A stretch of 64,000 nt of DNA from a bacterium (lineage in GTDB: Bacteria; RBG-13-61-14; DATKZS01): contig CAXXFL010000005.1 in the NCBI GenBank assembly GCA_963674965.2, positions 640,001-704,000 of the forward strand, given 5' to 3'. Shown here one piece after another: positions 41,164 to 49,637 of the stretch (its first letter is position 1; every line of letters starts with the position of its first letter). The notes beneath the pieces are model-generated. The model was not told the DNA's origin. It did not search any database and worked only from the letters and a program-made list of their open reading frames with translations. A program made the position numbers and the translations under genes.

Positions 41164-41988
41164 ATGAATGACGTCGAGTCCATGAAGAAGAGGATTCGCC
41201 GGGGCTTCGAGGGAGTTTCCTCAAGCTTGCTGTGGCGCTACGACGAGCTCGGCGGTCCCAATTACGAGCGGATAGCCAGGGCCCTTATCGAGGACGAAAA
41301 GGTCGAGGGCAAAAAAATCATGGACATGGGCTGCGGCACGGGCATACTGGCCTTCGCTCTCCTCGAGAAGGGCGCTTCCCAGGTGGTCTGCGCCGACAAC
41401 TGCAAGAGGATGCTGTCCGATTGCAAGGAAAAGGCGGACAACCTTGGCTTGGACCAGCGGCGGATTGAATACCGTATGATTGACGCCGAGGCAATCCCCA
41501 TCGGCAACGACTCTTTTGACGCGGTATACTCGAGCATGTTGTTTGCCCTTCTTCCTTATCCCGAGAGGGCCCTGAGCGAGATGAGAAGCGTCGCCAAGCC
41601 CGGCGCCACGATCGGCGTCGCGGCCCAGGGACCCGGCCACTACCGCGAGTTTATCGAGGCCGGCGCGCGAGCTTTATCCTTTAAGCACAAAATGAAGTTC
41701 CTGGGTTACCGCCCGGAGTATTGGCCCTTTACGGAGAAGCGTCTCAAGAAACTTTTCTGGCAAGTGGAGCTTCACCAGACCAGGACCAGGACCATGACCT
41801 GGACCGATGAATTCGCGAGCGGATCGGAGGCCTTCGATTATTACGCGGCCACCTCGGGACTGTGGGGGCTCAATTACCTGTCGGAAAAGGAGCGCGACGA
41901 GGTGGCGGCGGCCACGCGCGAATACTTCGAGAAGAAGAAGATAAAACGGGTAACCCACGACGTGGTGTTGGCTATAGGCGAGAAGTAA
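41164..41988 (+). CDS. Class I SAM-dependent methyltransferase
   Basis: MDMGCGTG, DAE, FDAV, KPG; start uncertain. Confidence 0.85.
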   Translation: MNDVESMKKRIRRGFEGVSSSLLWRYDELGGPNYERIARALIEDEKVEGKKIMDMGCGTGILAFALLEKGASQVVCADNCKRMLSDCKEKADNLGLDQRRIEYRMIDAEAIPIGNDSFDAVYSSMLFALLPYPERALSEMRSVAKPGATIGVAAQGPGHYREFIEAGARALSFKHKMKFLGYRPEYWPFTEKRLKKLFWQVELHQTRTRTMTWTDEFASGSEAFDYYAATSGLWGLNYLSEKERDEVAAATREYFEKKKIKRVTHDVVLAIGEK

Positions 41989-42001
41989 GATCGGCCGATT
42001 C

Positions 42002-42673
42002 TTATCCGATGAATTCCTTAACTCCCTTGTAGGTCCTTCTGTGCGCCGGGCAAGGTCCCAGGCTCGCGATGGCCTTTTTGTGCGCGGCCGTGGGATAGCC
42101 TTTATGGGTACCAAACCCATAGCCGGGATAGAGCTTGTCCATCTCGATCATAATCCGGTCTCTCACCACCTTGGCCACGATCGAGGCGGCGGCGATGGAC
42201 AGGCAGATTCTGTCGCCCTTTACGACGGGCTTGGAGGGGACCCGGGATGGAAGCGGCTGGTTGCCGTCCACCAGGCAAAGGTCGGCCGCTGGATTAAGGC
42301 CCTCGACGGCCTCCCTCATGGCGTCCAGACTGGCGGCCAGGATATTGGTCTCGTCGATATACGCGGGCTCGCGAAGGGCCCAGGCGACGCCCAGCGCGTT
42401 CGAGGCTATGACCTCGTACAGCTCGGCCCGGCTTTCATGGCTAAGCAGCTTCGAGTCCCGAATCCCTCGGAATATCGACCTTTCATCCTCGTCCGCCGGC
42501 AGTATGACGGCCGCCGCCACCACGGGACCGGCGAGAGGTCCTCTTCCGGCCTCGTCCACCCCGGCGATCCTCGAGGCTCCCGCGCCCAGGTAACGACTCT
42601 CGATCCGATAGGACGGGCAATTATCGGCGCCTTCAAGTCCGGGAAAGAGGGGAAAAGTACTTTTTCCCGCCAT
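42002..42673 (-). CDS. rnhB: Ribonuclease HII
   Basis: GVDEAGRGPLAGPV, DSK, DGN, SIAAASIVAKV, HKGY. Confidence 0.96.
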   Translation of the reverse strand: MAGKSTFPLFPGLEGADNCPSYRIESRYLGAGASRIAGVDEAGRGPLAGPVVAAAVILPADEDERSIFRGIRDSKLLSHESRAELYEVIASNALGVAWALREPAYIDETNILAASLDAMREAVEGLNPAADLCLVDGNQPLPSRVPSKPVVKGDRICLSIAAASIVAKVVRDRIMIEMDKLYPGYGFGTHKGYPTAAHKKAIASLGPCPAHRRTYKGVKEFIG

Positions 42674-42676
42674 GTT

Positions 42677-44989
42677 CTATTCCAGGTGGAGGGTATGGTC
42701 GGCGTATTGAACGGGGGAGCGCTGGGATGAAAGAAGGATCAACTGAGAGGTCTCGCTTACTCTTTTAAAAGCCTTGGCGGCCACGGTGGCGGCGTTTTCA
42801 TCCAGCCTGAGAAAGGCGTCGTCCAGTATGATGGGCAGGTGTCTTTTCTGTATGGCCAACTCGAGCAGGGTGATCTGAAGGGCAAGATAAACGTTGTCCC
42901 GAGCCGCGGGGCTGAGCTTGTCGAAGTCGATCCAGCGGTTGCCCTCGGCGGTCTTGAGCGCCACCGATCCGTCCGGGTCCACCCTGGCCTCGACGTATCT
43001 TTTGCCGAAGAAGGCCTGCACGTAAAGGTCGAACCTTTTTTGCAGGTGAGACAGGAGCTTGTTTCTTTCCGTGTCGAAGAGGGCCGCGCCGTTTTTTAAA
43101 AGGTCCTCGTAGGCCTCGGGCGCGCTTCTGACGGTTTGAACTCGTTTTCTTTTCATTCGGGTCGAGGTCCCGCCCCCGGTACCGCCCGGCGAGGATTCTC
43201 CGCCCAGGTTGGGCACTCCAAGTCCCTCGGCTTTCTTTTCCGCCTCTTTCAGGACTTTCGAGTTGGGGTTGGTCATCTTTATTTTCGCCAGCAGTCCCTC
43301 GAGTTCCCTTTTCATTTCCATGGCGTCGCCCGAAAAGGATGGGTATTTCCTGAGTTGATTCTCGCATTCCTCGATCTTGGACCTTAGTTCCTTCTCTTTT
43401 TTCTCGAGGGCGTCCATGTCCAGCTCGGCGATGAGCTTATTTTTTCTCTCAAGGACCGACTCGTAGCGGGCGGATAAGTCCTGATACTTCTCCAGCTTTG
43501 CCCTAAGCTCCTCGGGCGTGTCCGAATCGCTGTCGTTCATAAGCTTGTCAATTACCGCCGTCTCAACCTCGAAACGCTTGATAACCGACTGCCGCTTTTC
43601 GTTCAACTCGTCCAGTTTTTCCTCGATCGTGGCTTTTTTGCCCATGCGGTCGATATGCATCCAGCCAGTGACGGCCGTCAAGCCGACCCCGCCTAAAAGA
43701 CCAAGAACGGCGACGTACAAAAGCGGCCCTATATCCATGCGCTGGTAAAGAAAGAACGAGGCTATGGCCCCAACGAAGAGTCCAACCCCGATAAGAAAAT
43801 ACTGCTGCTTGAAAATGGGAGGAAAGGACTTAAGGCCGCCCAGTTCCTCGTCGTACACCAGGGCTTCCTTGTCTATTTTATCTATTTCCTGGCCCTGGAT
43901 GCTGACGAGGTCCTTATACCTGTCGAGTCTCTCGAAAATCTTTTCCGGAAGTCTTTTAAACGCCTTGTATACGTCAAGCTGCTCCTTGGCCTGATTCAAG
44001 AACTCGTCAAATTGAGTGGCGTTCTTCTTTTTGGACTCGACGTCGAATATCTTTTGCTGATACCCGTCAATTTCGTATTGAATCTCCTCGACTTTCTCGG
44101 CCGTTTGAAGTTCTTCCCGTATTTTTACCACCCGTTTTTCGCGTTCCTCCGGGGTCATTCCGTCGTCCATGCCATGGCCCATGCCGGGCATTCCACTCAT
44201 ACCCGGCATGCCTCCCATCCCCGGCATCGTGCCCGGCATCCCCGGCATCATGGCCCCGGGCATGGCCGCCCCCGGCATCCCCGGCATCATGGCCCCGGGC
44301 ATCGCGGCCCCCGGCATTCCCGGCATCATGGCCCCGGGCATGGCCGCCCCCGGCATCCCCGGCATCATGGCCCCGGGCATGGCGGCCCCCGGCATTCCGG
44401 GCATCATGGCCCCGGGCATGGCCGCCCCCGGCATCCCCATGGGCGGGGCCTGTTGTCCGCCCGGTCCGAGGGGGGCCGTCATGTCGGGGTTAGCCGAGAG
44501 ACCGGGTCCGGCGACGGGATCTTCATCGTCATCGTCAGGGGGAGTCAGGGGAAGGGCCGAGGGCATTTTCACGGTCGAGGAGATGAAGATGGACCTGTAA
44601 ACGTTGAAAGAAGGCAGGGCAAGGGTCGAGTTAAGCATGGCCGCGGCCTGCGCGGCGTCGGCGGCCACGGGCTCGAATTTCTTGGTCGCCGGACTGTAGT
44701 GGGTCAGGCTTACCCGCTCGGACTTGTAGTCCTTCAGCACGCGGTAAACCTCTCTTCCGCTGCTGATGGTCAAGCCGGCCCTCGAGGAATCAACCTCTCC
44801 CCAGCTCAAGAACGCCGTATCGTCATCCTTGACGCGGTCGGGGAACAACAGGTCCAGCAGGCAATCCACCAAGGTGGTCTTGCCCGTCTCAGTGGGTCCG
44901 TATACCACGTTGAATCCGGGCTTGAGAGGGAACTTCCTGCTCTGGTTGAACCTTCTCACGCCCTGCAGCACCAGTTCCATCACGTGCAT
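42677..44989 (-). CDS. SMC/Rad50/YhaN-like ABC-type ATPase with two TM helices and a Met-Pro-Gly repeat insert
   Basis: Walker A GPTETGKT, coiled coils, central hydrophobic hairpin, degenerate signature LSPAAR, Walker B IILDDAF. Confidence 0.8.
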   Translation of the reverse strand: MHVMELVLQGVRRFNQSRKFPLKPGFNVVYGPTETGKTTLVDCLLDLLFPDRVKDDDTAFLSWGEVDSSRAGLTISSGREVYRVLKDYKSERVSLTHYSPATKKFEPVAADAAQAAAMLNSTLALPSFNVYRSIFISSTVKMPSALPLTPPDDDDEDPVAGPGLSANPDMTAPLGPGGQQAPPMGMPGAAMPGAMMPGMPGAAMPGAMMPGMPGAAMPGAMMPGMPGAAMPGAMMPGMPGAAMPGAMMPGMPGTMPGMGGMPGMSGMPGMGHGMDDGMTPEEREKRVVKIREELQTAEKVEEIQYEIDGYQQKIFDVESKKKNATQFDEFLNQAKEQLDVYKAFKRLPEKIFERLDRYKDLVSIQGQEIDKIDKEALVYDEELGGLKSFPPIFKQQYFLIGVGLFVGAIASFFLYQRMDIGPLLYVAVLGLLGGVGLTAVTGWMHIDRMGKKATIEEKLDELNEKRQSVIKRFEVETAVIDKLMNDSDSDTPEELRAKLEKYQDLSARYESVLERKNKLIAELDMDALEKKEKELRSKIEECENQLRKYPSFSGDAMEMKRELEGLLAKIKMTNPNSKVLKEAEKKAEGLGVPNLGGESSPGGTGGGTSTRMKRKRVQTVRSAPEAYEDLLKNGAALFDTERNKLLSHLQKRFDLYVQAFFGKRYVEARVDPDGSVALKTAEGNRWIDFDKLSPAARDNVYLALQITLLELAIQKRHLPIILDDAFLRLDENAATVAAKAFKRVSETSQLILLSSQRSPVQYADHTLHLE
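44240..44434 (-). repeat. Five tandem 39-bp repeats encoding MPGAAMPGAMMPG
   Basis: Read directly; only synonymous differences between copies. Confidence 0.92.
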
Positions 44990-45108
44990 ATCGGGCTCTC
45001 CCGCGTTGGACCGTTTTGCCCTGAGGCGCCTCGTCCAGATTATTCCAGGTTATCGATAAGCCGGGTGGACCTTCCACCCGACGTTAACGCGCAACCGAGA
45101 CGAACAAG

Positions 45109-45456
45109 CTAAACCTGACGTTTCTCTTTGATACGCGCCGCCTTGCCCCTCCTCTGACGAAGGTAATAAAGCCGGGAGCGGCGCACTTTGCCCCTTTGCT
45201 TGATCTCGACCTTCTCGATAAGCGGGCTGTAAAAGGGGAAAATCTTTTCCACGCCGATGCCGTAGCTTATCTTGCGCACGGTAAAGGTGCTCCTCGATCC
45301 GGCGCCCTTCATCTTGATGACCACGCCCTCGAAGACCTGGATTCGGCTTTTATCGCCTTCCTGAATCCGCTGATGCACGCGAACCGTGTCTCCCGACCTG
45401 AAATCGGGAGCGTCCTTTTTCTTCATCGATTCCTCGATCGCTTGAAGCCTCTTCAT
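45109..45456 (-). CDS. rplS: 50S ribosomal protein L19
   Basis: [31 protein letters not shown]. Confidence 0.97.
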   Translation of the reverse strand: MKRLQAIEESMKKKDAPDFRSGDTVRVHQRIQEGDKSRIQVFEGVVIKMKGAGSRSTFTVRKISYGIGVEKIFPFYSPLIEKVEIKQRGKVRRSRLYYLRQRRGKAARIKEKRQV

Positions 45457-45543
45457 GGCCCAAACTCCTTCCTGTTTTATTATAACATCATGTACCACGC
45501 GCCCGTCAAAGTTGCCTCTGATTAAAACGGGCGGATAGCTTTT

Positions 45544-46116
45544 TCATCCCAGCAGCCGGTCGATTATTATCGCGGCCGCCGTCCGCACCGAGAGGTGGTT
45601 GTATTCCGCCTCTCCTCTTATCGGCTCGAGGACAAGGTCGGCGACCTGGTCCAGATACCCTGGCTCGACGCCCCATCCCGTTCCGAAAACTATAAGCCAC
45701 GAGCCGCCCTCGCCCATTCTCTCGCGAAGCTCGCCGGCCGAAACCGTATCTTCTTTTCTCCGGGCGCTGGTCCCCACGATGGTGGGACGACGCCCGGTTT
45801 CTCTTTCAATGGCCGCCAGCGCTTCCTCGAGCTCGCCCACCAGGGTCACCTTTTCAAAGGCCTCCTTGCGGGTGACGTTATAGCCGCCTCCGTGACCCTC
45901 CCGCCAGTAGGAGATCAGCTTCCTTACCAGCCTTTGCTGGAGCTCGAGCGGCTGGATCACGAAGTATCCCGCCAAATCGTAAGTCCTGGCCAGACGCGCG
46001 ATATCGTGGAGGTCCATGTTGGTAACCGCCGTGGTGATTACGCGGCCTCCCTTGTCAAGCGTCGGATAATGAAGAAGACCGACGTATACGCGGCCCGCCG
46101 TCTCTTTCAATCCCAC
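45544..46116 (-). CDS. SPOUT-family RNA methyltransferase (trmD-associated)
   Basis: LLHYP, TNMDLHDIAR, FGTGWG, YNHLSVR. Confidence 0.85.
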   Translation of the reverse strand: MGLKETAGRVYVGLLHYPTLDKGGRVITTAVTNMDLHDIARLARTYDLAGYFVIQPLELQQRLVRKLISYWREGHGGGYNVTRKEAFEKVTLVGELEEALAAIERETGRRPTIVGTSARRKEDTVSAGELRERMGEGGSWLIVFGTGWGVEPGYLDQVADLVLEPIRGEAEYNHLSVRTAAAIIIDRLLG

Positions 46117-46850
46117 GCCTTGTCGCCTTCATTCAAAAGCTCGGCCAAAAGCTCTTTTTCCTCATCGTCCAGCGGCCAGGACCCGATAAGGTCGGGCCGC
46201 CTTTCCATGGTGCGCCTGAGACTTTCCTTTTTCCGCCACCGCCTCACCTTCTCGTGATGCCCGGAAAGCAGGACCTCGGGTACTTTTACCCCCTCGAACT
46301 CCGCGGGCCTAGTATACTGCGGATACTCGAGACGGTGGGGAAAGGAGTCATCCTCCGCCGAGACCGCGTTGCCCAGGACCCCGGGAACGAGTCGCGATAC
46401 CGCGTCGATTATCACCACCGCCGCCGGCTCGCCCCCGCTTAACACGTAGTCGCCTATGGATATCTCCCGGTCCACCGCCATGGCGACGGCCCGCTCGTCG
46501 ATCCCGGCGTAATGGCCGCACACGATTATGAGGCCCGACAACGACGCGAGCTCGGTGGCCATGTCCTGGTCCAGCCTCCGGCCCTGCGGGCTGGTCAAAA
46601 CCACAGGGGAATGGGGGGCCAGCTCCTTCGCCGCCCGAACGGCCCGGACCACCGGCTCGGGTTTCATCACCATGCCGTCTCCGCCGCCAAAGGGGGAGTC
46701 GTCGGCCGCCTTGTGTTTTCCCTCCGTCCAATCGCGGAGGTCATGCACGACGACCTCGATCTTGCCCGCCTGCCGGGCCCGGCCCACGATGCTCTCGGAC
46801 GCCGGGGCCACGACCATCTCCGGGAAAAGCGTTATCACGTCGAAGCGCAT
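46107..46850 (-). CDS. trmD: tRNA (guanine37-N1)-methyltransferase
   Basis: TLFPE, DDSPFGGG, SPQG, SIGDYVLSGGE, YTRP. Confidence 0.97.
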   Translation of the reverse strand: MRFDVITLFPEMVVAPASESIVGRARQAGKIEVVVHDLRDWTEGKHKAADDSPFGGGDGMVMKPEPVVRAVRAAKELAPHSPVVLTSPQGRRLDQDMATELASLSGLIIVCGHYAGIDERAVAMAVDREISIGDYVLSGGEPAAVVIIDAVSRLVPGVLGNAVSAEDDSFPHRLEYPQYTRPAEFEGVKVPEVLLSGHHEKVRRWRKKESLRRTMERRPDLIGSWPLDDEEKELLAELLNEGDKAWD

Positions 46851-46863
46851 GCCGGCCTTGCTT

Positions 46864-47394
46864 CTAATTGTCAGTGAGCCCGGGAACCTCGTATACCACG
46901 AGTTTCCTCGCTTCCAGGTCTATGGCCGCCACCGAGCTCTCGGCGACGGGAATCAGTATCTCGCCCTCGGTCCCGGCCACCACGAAAAGGTCCGCCCCGC
47001 CAAGCTCGGGCGCGGTTTCCTCCATCCTTATAACCTCGCCGAGCGATCTTCCCGAGTCGGTCTCGACGGCCAGGCCGATGAGTTGGTACCAGTAATACTC
47101 GCCTTCCTCGAGGGGCTCGAGCGCCTCCTCGGGGGCCACCACCTCGCGTCCCCGCAGGGACTCGGCCGCGTTTCTGTCCCTTATTCCCTCAAGGGCCAGA
47201 ACGATCTGGTTTTTATGCCGCCTTGCGGCCAGGACCTTGAAATACTCGGGCTCGGGGCCGCCGTCCTCCTCTCGAATCCAGACCCCCTCGGCCGAGTCGA
47301 ACCAGGTCGTCAGCCGGTTAAGGGGCGTCACTCTCAGGTCGCCCCGAACGCCGAAGGGGCGTCCCACTTTGCCCAGGGGCACGTAGTTTTTCAT
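46864..47394 (-). CDS. rimM: Ribosome maturation factor RimM
   Basis: GKVGRPFGVRG, EYYWYQLIGL, ILIP. Confidence 0.93.
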   Translation of the reverse strand: MKNYVPLGKVGRPFGVRGDLRVTPLNRLTTWFDSAEGVWIREEDGGPEPEYFKVLAARRHKNQIVLALEGIRDRNAAESLRGREVVAPEEALEPLEEGEYYWYQLIGLAVETDSGRSLGEVIRMEETAPELGGADLFVVAGTEGEILIPVAESSVAAIDLEARKLVVYEVPGLTDN

Positions 47395-47422
47395 GGACGC
47401 CGACCCCAGGCCCCAGGCCTCC

Positions 47423-47650
47423 TCAGCCGGGTATCTCGAGGACAGGCTTCTGGTCAGAGGCCGCCGCCGCCTTGAGAAGGGTCCGGATGGCCTGGATGGT
47501 CTGACCCTCCCGGCCGATGACCCGTCCCCTGTCGTCGGGGGCCACCTGAAGCTCGTAAACCACGGTCTTGCCGCCGGGAATCACCCGGACCTCGACCTGA
47601 CCCGGGTCGTCCACCAGGTTCTCGGCGATGTAGCTGATAAGTTTCTCCAT
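47423..47650 (-). CDS. khpA: KH-domain RNA-binding protein (KhpA-like)
   Basis: GRVIGREG..IQAIR; position between rpsP and rimM. Confidence 0.88.
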   Translation of the reverse strand: MEKLISYIAENLVDDPGQVEVRVIPGGKTVVYELQVAPDDRGRVIGREGQTIQAIRTLLKAAAASDQKPVLEIPG

Positions 47651-47668
47651 TTACCCTTCTCCGGCCGG

Positions 47669-47977
47669 TTAAGCGCCGCTCTCCTCGCCGGCGGGGGCCT
47701 CGCTCGAAACGGGCTTTTTCGCCTCGGCCCGAGCCTTCAGCAATCCCTCGCCGCGGAGGATTTCCTTGACCGCGTCGCTGGGAAGAGCGCCCACGTCGAG
47801 CCAGTGGTTGACGCGGTCGATCTTGATGTTGACCACTTTCTTTTCGGCCCTGGGATTGATGGTGCCCAGCTTCTCGAGGAAACGGCCGTCCCTGGGCGAC
47901 TTGGTGTCCGACGCCACGATCCAGTGGTAAGGACGCTTATGGGTCCCGGCCCTGGCCAATCTAAGTTTTACCGACAT
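47669..47977 (-). CDS. rpsP: 30S ribosomal protein S16
   Basis: MSVKLRLAR, RPY, PRDGRFLEKLG. Confidence 0.96.
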   Translation of the reverse strand: MSVKLRLARAGTHKRPYHWIVASDTKSPRDGRFLEKLGTINPRAEKKVVNIKIDRVNHWLDVGALPSDAVKEILRGEGLLKARAEAKKPVSSEAPAGEESGA

Positions 47978-48035
47978 GTTCCTTTTCAAACCTCCCTGGG
48001 ACATGGTCCCGATTGAATAAGACCCCGGGCGCTCC

Positions 48036-49361
48036 TCATCCGAGACCCGGGATGGAGAATCCACCCTTCTTGTTCATCTTTTTCATCATGGTCTTCATGG
48101 TCATATAATTCTTCACCAGCCGGTTCACGTCCTGGACCTTGGTGCCCGAGCCCGAGGCGATCCTTCTTCTCCGGCTGGCGTTCAGTATCTTGTAGTTTCT
48201 TCTTTCCTTTATAGTCATCGAGTTGATTATGGCCTCGGTCTTCTTGATTTCCTTTTCCGCGGCCATGCCGTCGATCTTTTTCAACTGGGACCCGAGGCCT
48301 GGAATCATGCCCAGCACGTCCTGGACGGACCCCATTTTATTGAGCTGGCGGAGGGCCTCCTGGAAGTCCTCGAGGCTGAACTCGTTCTTGCGCATGCGGC
48401 GTTCCATTTCCGCCGCTTTTTTCTCGTCGATAAGTTTCTCGGCCCGCTCGATGAGAGTGAGGATGTCGCCCATGTCCAGGATGCGTCCGGCCATGCGCTC
48501 GGGATGGAAGGGCTCGAGCTGATCGAGCTTTTCTCCCACGCCCACCAGCTTGATGGGCTTGCCCGTGACCGCCTTGATCGAGAGCGCCGCGCCGCCCCTG
48601 GCGTCGCCGTCGAGCTTGGTCAGCACCACGCCGGTCACGTCCAGGGCCTCGTTAAAGGCCTCGGCCACGGTGACCGCGTCCTGGCCGGTCATGGCGTCGG
48701 CCACCAGGAGGACCTCGGCCGGCTTGATCCGGGCCTTCATCCTCCTTAGCTCGTCCATCAGCTCGACGTCGACGTGGAGTCTTCCGGCCGTGTCCACGAT
48801 GACCGTGTCCAGGGCCTGGTTCCGGGCCATCTCGACGGCCTGGGCCGCTATTTCGACCGGGTCCATGTCCGTGGTCGCCTGGAAGGCCGGGACCTCGATC
48901 CTCTGGGCCAGGACTTTTAACTGATCGATGGCCGCGGGCCTGTATACGTCGGCCGGGACCAGAAGGGGGCTTCTTTTGCGCTCGTTTTTAAGATGAAGAG
49001 CTATCTTCGAGGCGGAGGTGGTTTTACCCGAGCCCTGAAGCCCGACCAGCATGATAACCGCGGGAGGGGCCACCTTTAAGTTTATCTCGTCAAGGGACTC
49101 GCCCATCAGAGCGATCAACTCGCGCTGGAAAAGACGGACGAACTGCTGGCCCGGCGTGAGGCTCTCCATCACCTCCTTGCCGATGGCCTTTTCCTTGACC
49201 TGCTTGAGGAAGTTCTTGGCCACGCGATAATTGACGTCGGCCTCGAGGAGATGAGTCCTTATCTCCTTCAAGGTCTCGTCGATGTTCTTCTCGGTCAGCT
49301 TCCCGTGTCCGCGAAGCTTTTTAAAAGTCTCCGAGAGTTTATCCGTCAGATTATCGAACAT
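48036..49361 (-). CDS. ffh: Signal recognition particle protein
   Basis: LLEADV, GLQGSGKTT, DTAGR, TKLDGDARGG, M domain. Confidence 0.97.
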   Translation of the reverse strand: MFDNLTDKLSETFKKLRGHGKLTEKNIDETLKEIRTHLLEADVNYRVAKNFLKQVKEKAIGKEVMESLTPGQQFVRLFQRELIALMGESLDEINLKVAPPAVIMLVGLQGSGKTTSASKIALHLKNERKRSPLLVPADVYRPAAIDQLKVLAQRIEVPAFQATTDMDPVEIAAQAVEMARNQALDTVIVDTAGRLHVDVELMDELRRMKARIKPAEVLLVADAMTGQDAVTVAEAFNEALDVTGVVLTKLDGDARGGAALSIKAVTGKPIKLVGVGEKLDQLEPFHPERMAGRILDMGDILTLIERAEKLIDEKKAAEMERRMRKNEFSLEDFQEALRQLNKMGSVQDVLGMIPGLGSQLKKIDGMAAEKEIKKTEAIINSMTIKERRNYKILNASRRRRIASGSGTKVQDVNRLVKNYMTMKTMMKKMNKKGGFSIPGLG

Positions 49362-49456
49362 GTAACTTCCTAAAATAAAACAAGAACAGGACGCAAATTG
49401 CCCTCTTGGCGCCCAATGGACCCACGGCAAAACAAACGAAACAATTGAAGTATTAA

Positions 49457-49485
49457 AGAATACAGCCAATTATCCGGATTGTCAA
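49457..49485 (-). promoter_or_regulatory. sigma70 promoter candidate for the ffh operon
   Basis: TTGACA-17-TATTCT on the minus strand. Confidence 0.6.
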
Positions 49486-49637
49486 GGACCGGCGTTTCGT
49501 TGTTGAACGGGATCAATACCCTCGGAGAAGATAGTCGCGGATTTATCATATGCGCGGACAATCGGGCGCTTTGGAGAAAAAACGGACAATTTCGGACTTC
49601 ATTTTTCATTGCTTTTCAGATGAAAATCTGCTAAATA

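Noticed and set aside
44240-44434. CRISPR array
   Set aside because: The repeats are contiguous, in-frame coding units with no spacers, and there are no cas genes.
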